From NCBI GenBank assembly GCA_963751455.1, contig CAVVUN010000015.1, positions 640,001 to 704,000 on the forward strand: 64,000 bases of DNA, read 5' to 3'. The notes beneath the pieces were generated by a model. The model worked only from the letters and a program-made list of their open reading frames with translations, was not told where the DNA came from and made no database searches. Positions 9,761 through 19,869 of the stretch are shown piece after piece. Both the position numbers and the translations under genes were made by a program. How positions within the stretch are numbered: position 1 is the stretch's first letter; every line of letters starts with the position of its first letter. This stretch comes from Nitrospirota bacterium. GTDB taxonomy: Bacteria > Nitrospirota > UBA9217.

Positions 9761-11122
9761 ATGGAGCCAGAACAGGCGGTGATTATGCTTAAACCTTCTG
9801 CTTCCAGCACTTCGAAAGTCGGCCTGAAACCATGCAGTATGACCGGCAAAGTCCGGGGGCCTATCATCCCCCATTTTCAAACTGGGATCATTTTTTTTCC
9901 ACTGCTCTTCGTGATAGTACTGTTTTCGGCACCGCCTGTCTTGGCTCAAGACCGTTCAATAGGAAAAGTGATCACAATTGACAGCGGTTCGGGTCCTCAG
10001 ATACTGAATATCCTGCGGCTCGGTAAAACAGGTTTTGTCAAGGTAATGCCTGGAGATGTCATCTTCGAGGGAGACACCGTTAAAACTGGTGCAGGCGTGA
10101 AAGCGCAGATACAGCTTTCGGACCAGTCAATCGTCAATATAGGCCCGAATTCCGCGCTGAACATGAAGGCCTTTGTCCTTGTTCCCGCAGCGTCAAAGAG
10201 GAACTACGTACTGAAGGCGCTCAAGGGCACTATACGATTCATGATCTCGAAAACATTCAGGGTGCTCGCGACCGGGGCACAGTCAGCTTGGACCGACTCG
10301 AATCTGACGGTTGAATCGCCGACTGCTATAGCAGGAGTCAAGGGGACAGACTTTATAATCGCTGTAGACACGAGCAAACCTGTGCCGGTAGTCGACATCG
10401 CGGTGATCGAAGGTTCAGTGACGGTCCGGAATATATCGCTTTCTATCAGGGAAGCGGTTACTCTTCTGGCAAATCAGATGACGACCGTACAACGCGGCAT
10501 CAAGCCGGGAGAGCCGGCGGTCCTGCCGGTTGAGAGATCAAATTACCTGATTCAAATAACAACGCCTTCAGTCACAGTTCGGCCGCTTACGGTTGCGCCG
10601 GCGCCTGCGGTTGAGAGCAAAGAAGAGGAAAAATACAACGAGACTGAAATGGCCAAGGACCTTGCCGCAGGCGTTCCTCTTGCCGAGGTGCTTGAAACCG
10701 GCAGCGAAGCGGGGATGACCGTTGATACCATGTTTAATGCGGCGATCGAGGCTGGCATCGAACCTTCGGTGTTGGTGTACACGGCCATCACTGACGGCTA
10801 TCCCGCAGAGACGGTTGTAGCCGCCGCAATTAACCAAGGCATATCGCTAGACACAGTAGTCTCGGCTGCGGTCGTCGGCGGAGCGGAAAGCACATCAATC
10901 CTGAGCGGCGCGACCACTGCAGGCGCGCCAGCGGGAGAGGTTGCGACTGCTTTTGTAGCCGCTACGGCCATCGATTCCGCGGTATACGGATATGAAGTCC
11001 CTGAGAGTGCACCTCCGATATCTGCTATTTTACCTCCAGAGGTAGTTGTGATCGGAGGAAATCCCGGCGAAACTGCTTCAACTCAGCCGGCGCCGGCAAG
11101 CGCATCAAAGCCGCGGTATTAA
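9761..11122 (+). CDS. FecR-domain periplasmic protein with Ala/acidic-rich C-terminal region
   Basis: GDTVKTG, VESPTAIAGVKGTDF and VIEGSV are FecR-like beta motifs; hydrophobic signal segment present. Confidence 0.75.
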   Translation: MEPEQAVIMLKPSASSTSKVGLKPCSMTGKVRGPIIPHFQTGIIFFPLLFVIVLFSAPPVLAQDRSIGKVITIDSGSGPQILNILRLGKTGFVKVMPGDVIFEGDTVKTGAGVKAQIQLSDQSIVNIGPNSALNMKAFVLVPAASKRNYVLKALKGTIRFMISKTFRVLATGAQSAWTDSNLTVESPTAIAGVKGTDFIIAVDTSKPVPVVDIAVIEGSVTVRNISLSIREAVTLLANQMTTVQRGIKPGEPAVLPVERSNYLIQITTPSVTVRPLTVAPAPAVESKEEEKYNETEMAKDLAAGVPLAEVLETGSEAGMTVDTMFNAAIEAGIEPSVLVYTAITDGYPAETVVAAAINQGISLDTVVSAAVVGGAESTSILSGATTAGAPAGEVATAFVAATAIDSAVYGYEVPESAPPISAILPPEVVVIGGNPGETASTQPAPASASKPRY

Positions 11123-11143
11123 CTAGAGACGGCATAATTAACG

Positions 11144-12370
11144 ATGATAAAAATCAGCAAAGAATTCCGGGACGCAATTAATATACCGCGGATGAAGAAG
11201 AGCAGAAACGTCGCGCTTATCATCTTCTTTTGTGCCTGTTTTATTGCTCTTGGTGAAAGGATCGCACAAGCTGAAGGAAATATTCATATTAGTAAGCTGC
11301 GGATACACCCTTTCGTCTCAGTAAGTGTAACAGAGAGCGATAATATCTACAGCACTCCTACTGCTTCGGCATCTGAAAGCGATACGATTACTACCTATTC
11401 TCCTGGCGTTAAACTGCAGTTGCCCTTCGGGAAGCATCAGGCGGAAGCGCAATATTACGCAACCATCAACCGGTACAAGGTCCAATCGGGCGAGGATACC
11501 GAAAACTCCACTGCCGCGGGAACAATCGATTTTTCTGCAGGTAACCCTTTCGGTTTAAAGCTGTCAGACACCTTTGTAAAGGGACATGAGTCCAGAGGAT
11601 CGTCTGCAACCGGCTTTATTGAAAAATTCAGGAGCAATGCAGCGACGATATCAACTTTTTTTCATCTGGGGAGCCGATCAAAAATTCAAATTGACCACGG
11701 TAGAGTGTGGTGGGACTATGAGACCAGCACATTTAGGAACCGGGATGAATCTCTTTCCTCCGGTTTTTTTTATTACCGGGTTCTTCCAAAGACCTCAACG
11801 TTTGTTGAGGTCGGGTCCAAAAAGGTCACTTATGAGAATTCGTTGATGGACTTGGATAGTACATCACTGAACGGCCTGTTAGGTTTTACATGGGAAATTA
11901 CCGAAAAATCCCAAAGCACGATTAAGGGAGGACTGGAGCGAAAAGAGTTTGAATCGCAGTCGCATCGCGCGTTCAGGGGTTCGGTTGGAGTCATAGACCT
12001 GCACCACGAATTTTCGGAATATACGACTGTGACGCTTATTGGTCGGCGCGCCGTTAATGAAACAAGTCTCGTGGGAAGCCGTTATATTCTCACGACAGGA
12101 GCTTTTGGGGAGATTGCACATCGGTTCGGCATAAGAGTGGAAGGAGCGCTCAGGGGTTCCTATGGAATTGACGAGTTTTCAGATCCGATTTTTCCCGATC
12201 TAGTAGCAAGAAAAGACGACACCATTATGACAGGAGGGGGTATCAAATATATTTTTAAGGAAATGTTGCAGCTCGGATTCGATTACGCAGAACAACGCCG
12301 GACTTCGAACTTTTCTGATAATAATTATGAGGTACGTACATACATGGTTTCTTTCAGCATGGTCCTTTAA
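11144..12370 (+). CDS. Outer-membrane beta-barrel protein (EPS-associated)
   Basis: Signal peptide, ESDNIY, alternating beta strands, terminal beta strand; located before wza. Confidence 0.8.
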   Translation: MIKISKEFRDAINIPRMKKSRNVALIIFFCACFIALGERIAQAEGNIHISKLRIHPFVSVSVTESDNIYSTPTASASESDTITTYSPGVKLQLPFGKHQAEAQYYATINRYKVQSGEDTENSTAAGTIDFSAGNPFGLKLSDTFVKGHESRGSSATGFIEKFRSNAATISTFFHLGSRSKIQIDHGRVWWDYETSTFRNRDESLSSGFFYYRVLPKTSTFVEVGSKKVTYENSLMDLDSTSLNGLLGFTWEITEKSQSTIKGGLERKEFESQSHRAFRGSVGVIDLHHEFSEYTTVTLIGRRAVNETSLVGSRYILTTGAFGEIAHRFGIRVEGALRGSYGIDEFSDPIFPDLVARKDDTIMTGGGIKYIFKEMLQLGFDYAEQRRTSNFSDNNYEVRTYMVSFSMVL

Positions 12371-12634
12371 AAATCGCGCATGAGACGAAAATGCTGCACG
12401 TTTTCTTATAGTGATGAGACCAATATACGAAATTCGGACACACTGCTTACCTTCTTCGACTGCTCAAGGATTAGTCATCCTACACCTAATCATCTTATTC
12501 GCCTCCTTCTCCTTGGTCTATATCAAGTGAGGTTTCATACTGATTCATATGTCTTTAATCTAAATGTCTTTTTTTTGTAATCAAAGGTGTAAAATAGATG
12601 AAACGACAAATAGCAAGTAACATGATTTAATAAA

Positions 12635-13177
12635 ATGGATATGACGATAATAAAATGGACGGTAACGGTACTGCTTTTGTTAGGTCTGGTGCTGCAGTCC
12701 GGATCAGCCGCAAGCCAGGAAGAGACCATTTCCGAAGGCGACCTTATCAGGATCAAGGTTTATGGTAATTCGGACCTTACGACCGAGGCGCGTGTGAGCG
12801 GAGATGGGAAAATAACGTTTCCGTTCATTGGTGAAGTAATAGTGCAGGATTTGCCCATATCGGAGGCTGAAAAAAGGATCGCTCGTCTGCTCGAAAACGG
12901 CTATATCATCAAACCGCATGTATCTATCTTCATTATTGAATATAAAAAGATAGTTTTCGTGAACGGAGAGGTGAGGAATCCAGGCGTGTATAAAATAAGC
13001 AAAGGCCTTACTGTGTTAAAAGCAACCACGCTTGCCGGAGGGCTTACCGGAAAGGCAAGCGAGAGCAGAATGAAAATTATTCGCAAGACTGAAAAAGGAG
13101 AGACAACGATAAAGGCAAGGATGGATGATCTTGTGATGCCTGATGACATCATTATGGTCCCCGAGAGCTTGTTTTAA
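12635..13177 (+). CDS. wza: Polysaccharide export protein (Wza/Poly_export + SLBB, short form)
   Basis: GDLIRIKVYG, DGKITFPFIGEV, GEVRNPGVY and PDDIIMVPES. Confidence 0.9.
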   Translation: MDMTIIKWTVTVLLLLGLVLQSGSAASQEETISEGDLIRIKVYGNSDLTTEARVSGDGKITFPFIGEVIVQDLPISEAEKRIARLLENGYIIKPHVSIFIIEYKKIVFVNGEVRNPGVYKISKGLTVLKATTLAGGLTGKASESRMKIIRKTEKGETTIKARMDDLVMPDDIIMVPESLF

Positions 13178-13291
13178 AGCGTGACCTTGTCGTCTTTCAG
13201 TCATCAATAGGGAAGCCATGGACCATTTCCAACAACAAAACTTGTCGGCTAATCTTTTAATTTTTACAGGAAATTATAATGGAGTTTAAAC

Positions 13292-15490
13292 ATGCAGCCA
13301 CGCCCCGAAGAGATACACTTGTTGGATTACTGGAGAATAATCAGTAATAGACGGCATCTGACCATTTCGTTTTTTATTCTCGTGGTCGGAATTGTTACCG
13401 TCTATTCCTATACCGCCACGCCCATCTATGAAAGCACCGCAAAACTGCTTTTTAATCAGCAGAACAATACCACTCTATCCTTTACCGAAGGCGGCTCTCC
13501 CCTCATTCAGATAAAGGAGCCGACCGAATATTACAACACCCAGAAAAAAATAATCTTTAGCAGGACATTCATCGACCATGTCATAAGAAAGAATGCACTT
13601 GATACCAACTCATATTTTGTCAACAAGAAAAAAAAGACTTCGGGCGGGCCGGTTGCATCGTTAAGGCGTCTCGTCACCGGTATTCTATCGAAAAAAAAAG
13701 CAGACCCGGTAAACGAGGAGTCTAAGCCGCTGAAAGATGAAGTCGACCCTTGGCTTACCAGCTTCTTGTTGGACAGGATGAAGGTGGTCGTCGGAAGAGA
13801 CAGCAGTATCATGGAAATCCAATTTACATCGGATGATTCGGGTATTGCAGCCTTTATTGCCAACTGCATTGCCGATACATACATCCAATACAATTTGGAC
13901 CTTCGAGTGATGCCATACAAGGACTCGGTCGGATGGCTCTCAGCGAGGCTTTCTGAGTTCAAAACCAAGGTTGAGACGTCCGAAAAATCTCTCCAGCGGT
14001 ACAAGGAGCAGAAGAATGTCGTATCGTTTGAGGCTAGGGAGAATATTATTACCCAAAAATTGCATGGGTTGGTTTCCGAGCTTGTGCGGGTGCAGGGTGC
14101 CCGTCAAGAAGCTGAAATACGATATAATCAGATCAAAGACGTCATAGATAATCCGGAACTGCTGGCAAGAGTCCCTGACATTATGAATAACCAGGTGATC
14201 CAGAGCCTGAGGAATCAGGAATTGAACTTGCAAAGACAGCTCTCGGAAATGTCGGAAAAATTTGGTCCAAAACACCCCCAAATAGTGCAGACAAATTCAG
14301 AGTTGGAGATGGTGAAAAAAAGCCTTAATAGCGAAGCCAGAAAGATGCTGAGCTCTGCAAAAACAATATACGAAATTGCGCTGAACCGTGAAAAATTTCT
14401 GATCCGGAGCATTGAGGAGGAGAAACAGGAAGTCCTCGGACTGAGCAGAGAGATGATAGATTTCAAAGTCGTGTCCGAAGAATCTGAGAACAATCGAAGG
14501 TTCTATGAGATGCTACTGAAAAAACTCCAAGAGGCGACTCTCCTGAGCGGCATAACTGTATCCAACATACAGGTGATTGACAGGGCAATCCCGCCTGGCG
14601 GTCCCATAAAGCCCAATCGATCTAAAAATATTTTATTGTCCATTATTATAGGAGTGTTTGGTGGTATTTTTCTGGCTATCTTTACGGATTACATGGATGA
14701 CAGCGTGAAGAGCCAGGATGATGTGGATATTCATTTGGGTCAGCATTTCCTTGGCATGGTTCCGTCTGCTGAACAGTCCATGTTTAGTGATCCGTTGTCC
14801 ACGGTAAGCGAGTCATACCGCACAATACGAATGGGCATAAAATTCGCGGCGTCGCAGCGACCGCTCAAAACAATTCTGATAACGAGCGCGGTGCCGAGTG
14901 AAGGCAAGACCACAACGGCTTCCAATCTCGCGATCGTCCTTGCGCGCATGGGTGAGCGGACCCTTTTGATTGATGCGGACCTAAGACGCCAGAGTATTCA
15001 CAAGCATTTCAAGCTGGATAATTCTGCCGGTCTGGGATCAATCATTGTTGAAAAAGGTGACTTGTTCTCCGCCATTAAAGAAATAGAAATAGTGCCCCAT
15101 TTAAGCGTTCTTCCAGGAGGGCCGACGTTCCCGAACCCTTCTGAAGTCCTCGCTTCTGAAAGGATGAGGGATCTAATCTCCAGTCTCCGGGAAAAATACG
15201 ATCGTATCATCATTGATTCGCCGCCAATCATGCCCGTGTCCGATCCCTTGATCGTAGGTGGTCTAGCCGACGGTGTAATAATGGTATCACAGGCCGGTTC
15301 TACCGGTAAAGCAGTCGTGAAGAAGGCGTGCCAGTCTCTCATGAAGTTGAACGTACATATAATCGGCATTGTTCTGAACAAGGTTCGAGTTCGGAAGCGG
15401 GGATACGGATATTACTATTATTATCATAATTACTATTATTCGAACTACCGCAATGATTCTTCACCCAAACGAAAAGAAAAAACGGCATGA
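13292..15490 (+). CDS. wzc: Polysaccharide co-polymerase / BY-kinase
   Basis: Two TM segments, Walker A PSEGKTT, LIDADLRR, IIIDSPP and a C-terminal Tyr cluster GYGYYYYYHNYYY. Confidence 0.95.
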   Translation: MQPRPEEIHLLDYWRIISNRRHLTISFFILVVGIVTVYSYTATPIYESTAKLLFNQQNNTTLSFTEGGSPLIQIKEPTEYYNTQKKIIFSRTFIDHVIRKNALDTNSYFVNKKKKTSGGPVASLRRLVTGILSKKKADPVNEESKPLKDEVDPWLTSFLLDRMKVVVGRDSSIMEIQFTSDDSGIAAFIANCIADTYIQYNLDLRVMPYKDSVGWLSARLSEFKTKVETSEKSLQRYKEQKNVVSFEARENIITQKLHGLVSELVRVQGARQEAEIRYNQIKDVIDNPELLARVPDIMNNQVIQSLRNQELNLQRQLSEMSEKFGPKHPQIVQTNSELEMVKKSLNSEARKMLSSAKTIYEIALNREKFLIRSIEEEKQEVLGLSREMIDFKVVSEESENNRRFYEMLLKKLQEATLLSGITVSNIQVIDRAIPPGGPIKPNRSKNILLSIIIGVFGGIFLAIFTDYMDDSVKSQDDVDIHLGQHFLGMVPSAEQSMFSDPLSTVSESYRTIRMGIKFAASQRPLKTILITSAVPSEGKTTTASNLAIVLARMGERTLLIDADLRRQSIHKHFKLDNSAGLGSIIVEKGDLFSAIKEIEIVPHLSVLPGGPTFPNPSEVLASERMRDLISSLREKYDRIIIDSPPIMPVSDPLIVGGLADGVIMVSQAGSTGKAVVKKACQSLMKLNVHIIGIVLNKVRVRKRGYGYYYYYHNYYYSNYRNDSSPKRKEKTA

Positions 15491-16263
15491 TTGACATCCA
15501 TTGCCATATACTTCCCGGCATGGACGACGGACCCGCAACAATCGAAGAATCGATCGAGATGTGTCGCATTGCTCAGGCGGACGGTATCGATACTATTGTG
15601 GCAACACCACATTATTGTTCCGGGCTGAACGAGTGGACCGCTGAGGACGTTCAATTACGCATACAAGATCTTGAAGCAGCCCTGCGCCGGAATCGGGTTG
15701 GAATAACAATACTGCCTGGTGCCGACGTGGCAGTTTTCCCGGAATTGATCGCTCATGGTCCGGGAAGTTTTCTTGCTATCAATACTGGACGATATCTGCT
15801 GGTTGAATTTCCTTTTGATTCTGTCCCCACGAACTGGGAGACTTTTTTGAGCCGATTGTTGGAATCCGGTCTGGTCCCCGTTATTACGCATCCGGAGCGA
15901 AATATGTGGTTTCTGAGGCATTCCGAGGCGCTTTTCAGAAGTGTCGACAATGGCGCACTTGTCCAGATAACAGCAATGAGCATAATCGGTGGTTTCGGTG
16001 AAGACGCCCGGAAGTTTTGTGCAGATCTTCTTCGGAATAATTTGGTCCATGTTATCGCGAGTGACGCACATTCAAGCGGGGAAAGACCTCCAATCCTTTC
16101 GCAGGCAATTGCGGCTGCCTCCCGCCTTATCGGTGTTGAGCGTGTACATGCGATGGTAACGTCGATTCCGGCTGCGATAGTGGAAGGACGGCCGGTGCGG
16201 CTGCCTGAACCAGTTGAGACGCCACCGAGTAGGAAAATGTGGTTCAGCAAGCTGTTTAGTTGA
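15487..16263 (+). CDS. PHP-family tyrosine phosphatase (CpsB/CapC)
   Basis: IDIHCHILPGMDDG, ATPH, THPERN and ASDAH. Confidence 0.95.
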   Translation: MIDIHCHILPGMDDGPATIEESIEMCRIAQADGIDTIVATPHYCSGLNEWTAEDVQLRIQDLEAALRRNRVGITILPGADVAVFPELIAHGPGSFLAINTGRYLLVEFPFDSVPTNWETFLSRLLESGLVPVITHPERNMWFLRHSEALFRSVDNGALVQITAMSIIGGFGEDARKFCADLLRNNLVHVIASDAHSSGERPPILSQAIAAASRLIGVERVHAMVTSIPAAIVEGRPVRLPEPVETPPSRKMWFSKLFS

Positions 16264-16353
16264 TCAGTATGTACGGCAAGAAGTAAAAAGTCAGAAGTAA
16301 GGAGTAAGCAGCCCTCAAACAACAAATATTTCTTAAAAATGGAAACAACATTT

Positions 16354-16520
16354 CACCGCGAAGCCGCGCCCCTGCACTCGCGCTGCCGTACTCGTAATCG
16401 CTGGTGCAGGCAAAGAACACAAAGGAAATTCTTAAATTCAGATTTCGGATTAGAGCTTTAAATTTTCGCGACCTTCGCGCCTTGGCGGTTCAAAGATTTG
16501 ATCCCGGCTTGTCCGGTTTA
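16354..16520. repeat. Nonamer inverted-repeat element with CCGGCTTGTCCGG tail, interrupted by a 40-bp REP-like insert
   Basis: caccgcgaag...caaagaacacaaag / ttcgcgaccttcgcgccttggcggt. The tail tttgatcccggcttgtccggttta matches 56131-56154. Heptamer runs flank it at 16278-16308 and 16554-16588. Confidence 0.7.
16371..16410. mobile_element. ~40-bp REP-like element, copy A
   Basis: cctgcactcgcgctgccgtactcgtaatcgctggtgcagg has perfect 7-bp terminal IRs; homologous to 44815-44885 and 51789-51830. Confidence 0.7.
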
Positions 16521-16549
16521 ATTTTGTGGTCTTCATATTTAACGGCAAA

Positions 16550-18010
16550 ATGCAAACTATAAACTCGAAACTAAAAACCATAAACTATGACTCAATCATC
16601 GAGAAGGGAATCGTTTTTCTGCTGATATTTACTCCTCTCGCGATCGGTACAGTGCAGGACTGGTCCGCTGCGATAATGGAAATCGTCTCTTTTTTGATCT
16701 TTGCGGCTTGGTTGCTTAAGAATCTGACTTGTGAGTCTTCAGCCAAGGATTTTCCGGATCAGGCGGTCGAATCAGCGAATAAAAAACTTTTTATTTCGTT
16801 CTCCCTAATACTCTGCATAATTGTTTTCCAGATACTTCCCCTCCCGAGCCAGATCCTTTCCGTGCTTTCTCCGAAGAACTCCTTCTTGTATCAAACCCTT
16901 ATTGACGACCAAGCGTGGCGAACAATCAGCATTTGCCCGAACGCGACGTTTGATCAGATGATGAAAGTGATGTCGTACGCTGCTGTTTTTTTCGTCATCA
17001 TACATCATTACAATAATGAGGAGAAAATGAAAGGTCTTTTCAGAGCCCTCATCTATATAGGCTGTTCTCTCGCATTTTTGGCAGTGGTCCAGAAAGTGGC
17101 TGGGAACGGGAAAATCCTATGGCTAGTAAAAATACAGCCGGACTGGAAACCATTCGGGCCGTACATCAATAAGAACCATTTTGCCGGATACATGGAGATG
17201 ACAGCACCGATAGCGCTTTCCTATTGTCTCTATTTGCTCTCTAAAGTAAAAAAAGCGACTGACGCGCAGGGATCATCTAAGGTGAAGACTCTGCTTATGT
17301 ATCTCGACAATAAAAAAATATCGAGCGTTTCTCTGGCAATGACAGGCGTTCTGATAATCACCGGCGCACTTTTCATGACTTTCTCCCGCGGCGCGATTAT
17401 TGGATATATTTTGTCCATGATGCTTTTCATTTTGCTGTCGCGCTCGAGGCGATCCCTCAGGAAAAAGACCGGCTTTCTGGTTCTAATTGGCGCTATTGTC
17501 GGTCTGGCGGCGATTGCATCAGGTTGGTCGATGCTGCAGGAAAGGTTTGAACTCGCGGCACAGCACGGAACCACCAGGATTGACACTTGGCACGATTCGA
17601 TCTCGCTGCTGAAGGATTATTCCTTTGTAGGAACAGGCTTCGGTACGTTCGATCGCATTTATCCACTCTATCAGTCAAAATATCCGCATCTTTATTTTGA
17701 ACATCCTGAAAACGAGTATCTGGAGATCCTTGTGGAGACCGGCATAGTCGGTTTTGCAGCATTTTGGGGGCTCGTAATCGTCTATTTTTCATCGGTGCTC
17801 AAGAGGTGGCGTGAACGGCACAATGCGTTCGTGGTCGCCATCACAGTCGGAGGGATATCTTCATGCGCAGCGATAATGATACACGGTTTGACCGATTTTA
17901 ATATGCGTATTCCGGCAAATGCAATGCTTTTAACTGTCATTGCAGCAGCGACATACGCCGCTGTTTTTAAAGTGCATAACGTCAGAAACAACGCAGACGA
18001 ACGGATCTAA
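16550..18010 (+). CDS. O-antigen ligase family membrane protein
   Basis: Multi-TM; GPYINKNHFAGY, TFSRGA, GTGFGTF, HPENEYL and HGLTDFN. Confidence 0.9.
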   Translation: MQTINSKLKTINYDSIIEKGIVFLLIFTPLAIGTVQDWSAAIMEIVSFLIFAAWLLKNLTCESSAKDFPDQAVESANKKLFISFSLILCIIVFQILPLPSQILSVLSPKNSFLYQTLIDDQAWRTISICPNATFDQMMKVMSYAAVFFVIIHHYNNEEKMKGLFRALIYIGCSLAFLAVVQKVAGNGKILWLVKIQPDWKPFGPYINKNHFAGYMEMTAPIALSYCLYLLSKVKKATDAQGSSKVKTLLMYLDNKKISSVSLAMTGVLIITGALFMTFSRGAIIGYILSMMLFILLSRSRRSLRKKTGFLVLIGAIVGLAAIASGWSMLQERFELAAQHGTTRIDTWHDSISLLKDYSFVGTGFGTFDRIYPLYQSKYPHLYFEHPENEYLEILVETGIVGFAAFWGLVIVYFSSVLKRWRERHNAFVVAITVGGISSCAAIMIHGLTDFNMRIPANAMLLTVIAAATYAAVFKVHNVRNNADERI

Positions 18011-18072
18011 TCAAGGAAAAATAATGACTATTAATCTTTTCTTTGCGACGGCGCGCAAAAATAATCGTTGAT

Positions 18073-18843
18073 ATGATCGAAAAACAAGCCAAAAAGAAAA
18101 TTTATCACATCGCTACGCTGCTATTGACGGCTCTTTTTTTCCTCTATCCCACGACAACGCTCGTGGCGGAATACTATCATTGGCGGGCTTCGTCGATACT
18201 AAAGAAGGTTTCACGCGAAAGCGGGCGCGCGCGTATCACTGAACGGAACATTCAGCACTACCTCGTTGCAATTCGTTTGTTAAAGGCAGCTTTATCCGCG
18301 CGCGCATCAGATTCTAGACACCATAAAGCAGTGTCGGAACTGTATCTGAGGATCGGAATATGGGCTATGGCCATGGAGACCATGAATGCGCCGCTTCCGT
18401 CCGGGTTGCTTTCAAGCAAGGACTTTTTTGTAAAAGCTGACGCCGCTTTAAAGACGGCGATAACATTGGAACCGACGAACCCCGATTATCATTTCGCACT
18501 CGGAACGCTGTATGACATCCTGGACAAATACAATGGGTTGTCGGAGAAGGAGCTTTCCAGAGCAATTGTCGCTTACCCCATAAACGCCTCCCTGCGGTAT
18601 GCCGTAGCTCTTCAACACCTTAAATCAGGCCGGCGAGGGGACGCACTGGAGCATGCAACAGCTCTTGCTATGCTTGAAGGAAGCAGTCCCTCTGAGGTAA
18701 GCCCCGGTTGGTTGTTCAAGGCATTTGAAATCGCATGGAGGGCAACAGAGGATAGTCAGGTTGTGCAGGGTATATCGCCGGAAACGCCGCAGGCATTAAA
18801 GGTACTGAAGCAGTATCTGGAGTGGAAGAGGATTAAACAATGA
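18073..18843 (+). CDS. TPR-like membrane-anchored protein
   Basis: N-terminal TM; TPR-like AITLEPTNPDYHFALG. Confidence 0.65.
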   Translation: MIEKQAKKKIYHIATLLLTALFFLYPTTTLVAEYYHWRASSILKKVSRESGRARITERNIQHYLVAIRLLKAALSARASDSRHHKAVSELYLRIGIWAMAMETMNAPLPSGLLSSKDFFVKADAALKTAITLEPTNPDYHFALGTLYDILDKYNGLSEKELSRAIVAYPINASLRYAVALQHLKSGRRGDALEHATALAMLEGSSPSEVSPGWLFKAFEIAWRATEDSQVVQGISPETPQALKVLKQYLEWKRIKQ

Positions 18844-19041
18844 ACAATAATCATGTCATTTGGCATGATCTGCTTAAAATCAGAGATAATACGAGCCGTC
18901 AAATAAGTTCAGCAGCCGTCCGTGTGATTCACTGCTTTGATCGATGGTATATCTCGATTTTGAGGGGTATGTGCGTGATAATGATAAGTCCGAGGTGGGA
19001 CCAACGAATTCTTGAGGTCTGCAAAAATTGGAGAAAGAATA

Positions 19042-19869
19042 GTGTCTGAAGATACAAGAGTTATCATCGAGGCCGGCCGCACGGAATTGCACTACTGGAA
19101 AGACTTGTGGCGGTATCGTGAACTTTTTTATTTTCTCGCATGGAGAGATATCCTGATTCGTTACAAACAGACAGCAATCGGCATGCTCTGGGCGCTGTTG
19201 CGTCCTCTACTCACTATGGTGGTTTTTACTGTGGTTTTCGGTAATTTGGCCAAACTGCCGTCAGAGGGTGTGCCCTACCCTATTATGGTTTTTGCTGCTA
19301 TGCTGCCGTGGCAGTTTTTCGCAAATTCCCTTTCCGAGGCAAGCAATAGTCTGGTTGGCAGCGCTAATTTGATCTCGAAGGTATATTTTCCCCGTCTAAT
19401 TATGCCGACGAGTGCTGTTATCACGAGTTTTGTCGATTTTCTGATTTCTAGCGTGATTCTCGCCATGCTGATGGCATGGTATTCTTTTGCCCCCGGTTGG
19501 CAAATCTTCACCCTGCCGTTGTTTGTCGCCATTGCGTTTGCCGCCGCAATGGGGATCGGGCTCTGGCTGACCGCTCTGAATGTCAAGTATCGTGATTTTC
19601 GCTATATTGTACCTTTTATTGTTCAGTTTGGCCTATATGTATCACCAGTAGGTTTCTCCAGCAATATAGTGCCTGAAAAATGGCGCTTGATTTATTCACT
19701 TAATCCAATGGTCGGCGTAATCGATGGATTCCGATGGGCGATACTTGGTATAGATAGCTATATTTATCTGCCCGGCTTTTTTCTATCCTTGGTTATTATA
19801 GCAATAACTTTGATTTCAGGTATCCAGTATTTCAGAAAAACCGAAAAAACCTTTGCGGATGTAATATGA
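19042..19869 (+). CDS. wzm: ABC-2 polysaccharide transporter permease
   Basis: LWRYRELFYFLAWRDILIRYKQT, KVYFPR and LNPM; GTG start after ggag. Confidence 0.93.
   Translation: MSEDTRVIIEAGRTELHYWKDLWRYRELFYFLAWRDILIRYKQTAIGMLWALLRPLLTMVVFTVVFGNLAKLPSEGVPYPIMVFAAMLPWQFFANSLSEASNSLVGSANLISKVYFPRLIMPTSAVITSFVDFLISSVILAMLMAWYSFAPGWQIFTLPLFVAIAFAAAMGIGLWLTALNVKYRDFRYIVPFIVQFGLYVSPVGFSSNIVPEKWRLIYSLNPMVGVIDGFRWAILGIDSYIYLPGFFLSLVIIAITLISGIQYFRKTEKTFADVI

Noticed and set aside
18861-18876. sigma54 promoter TGGCATGATCTGC upstream of wzm
   Set aside because: GG-to-GC spacing is 10 rather than the required 12.
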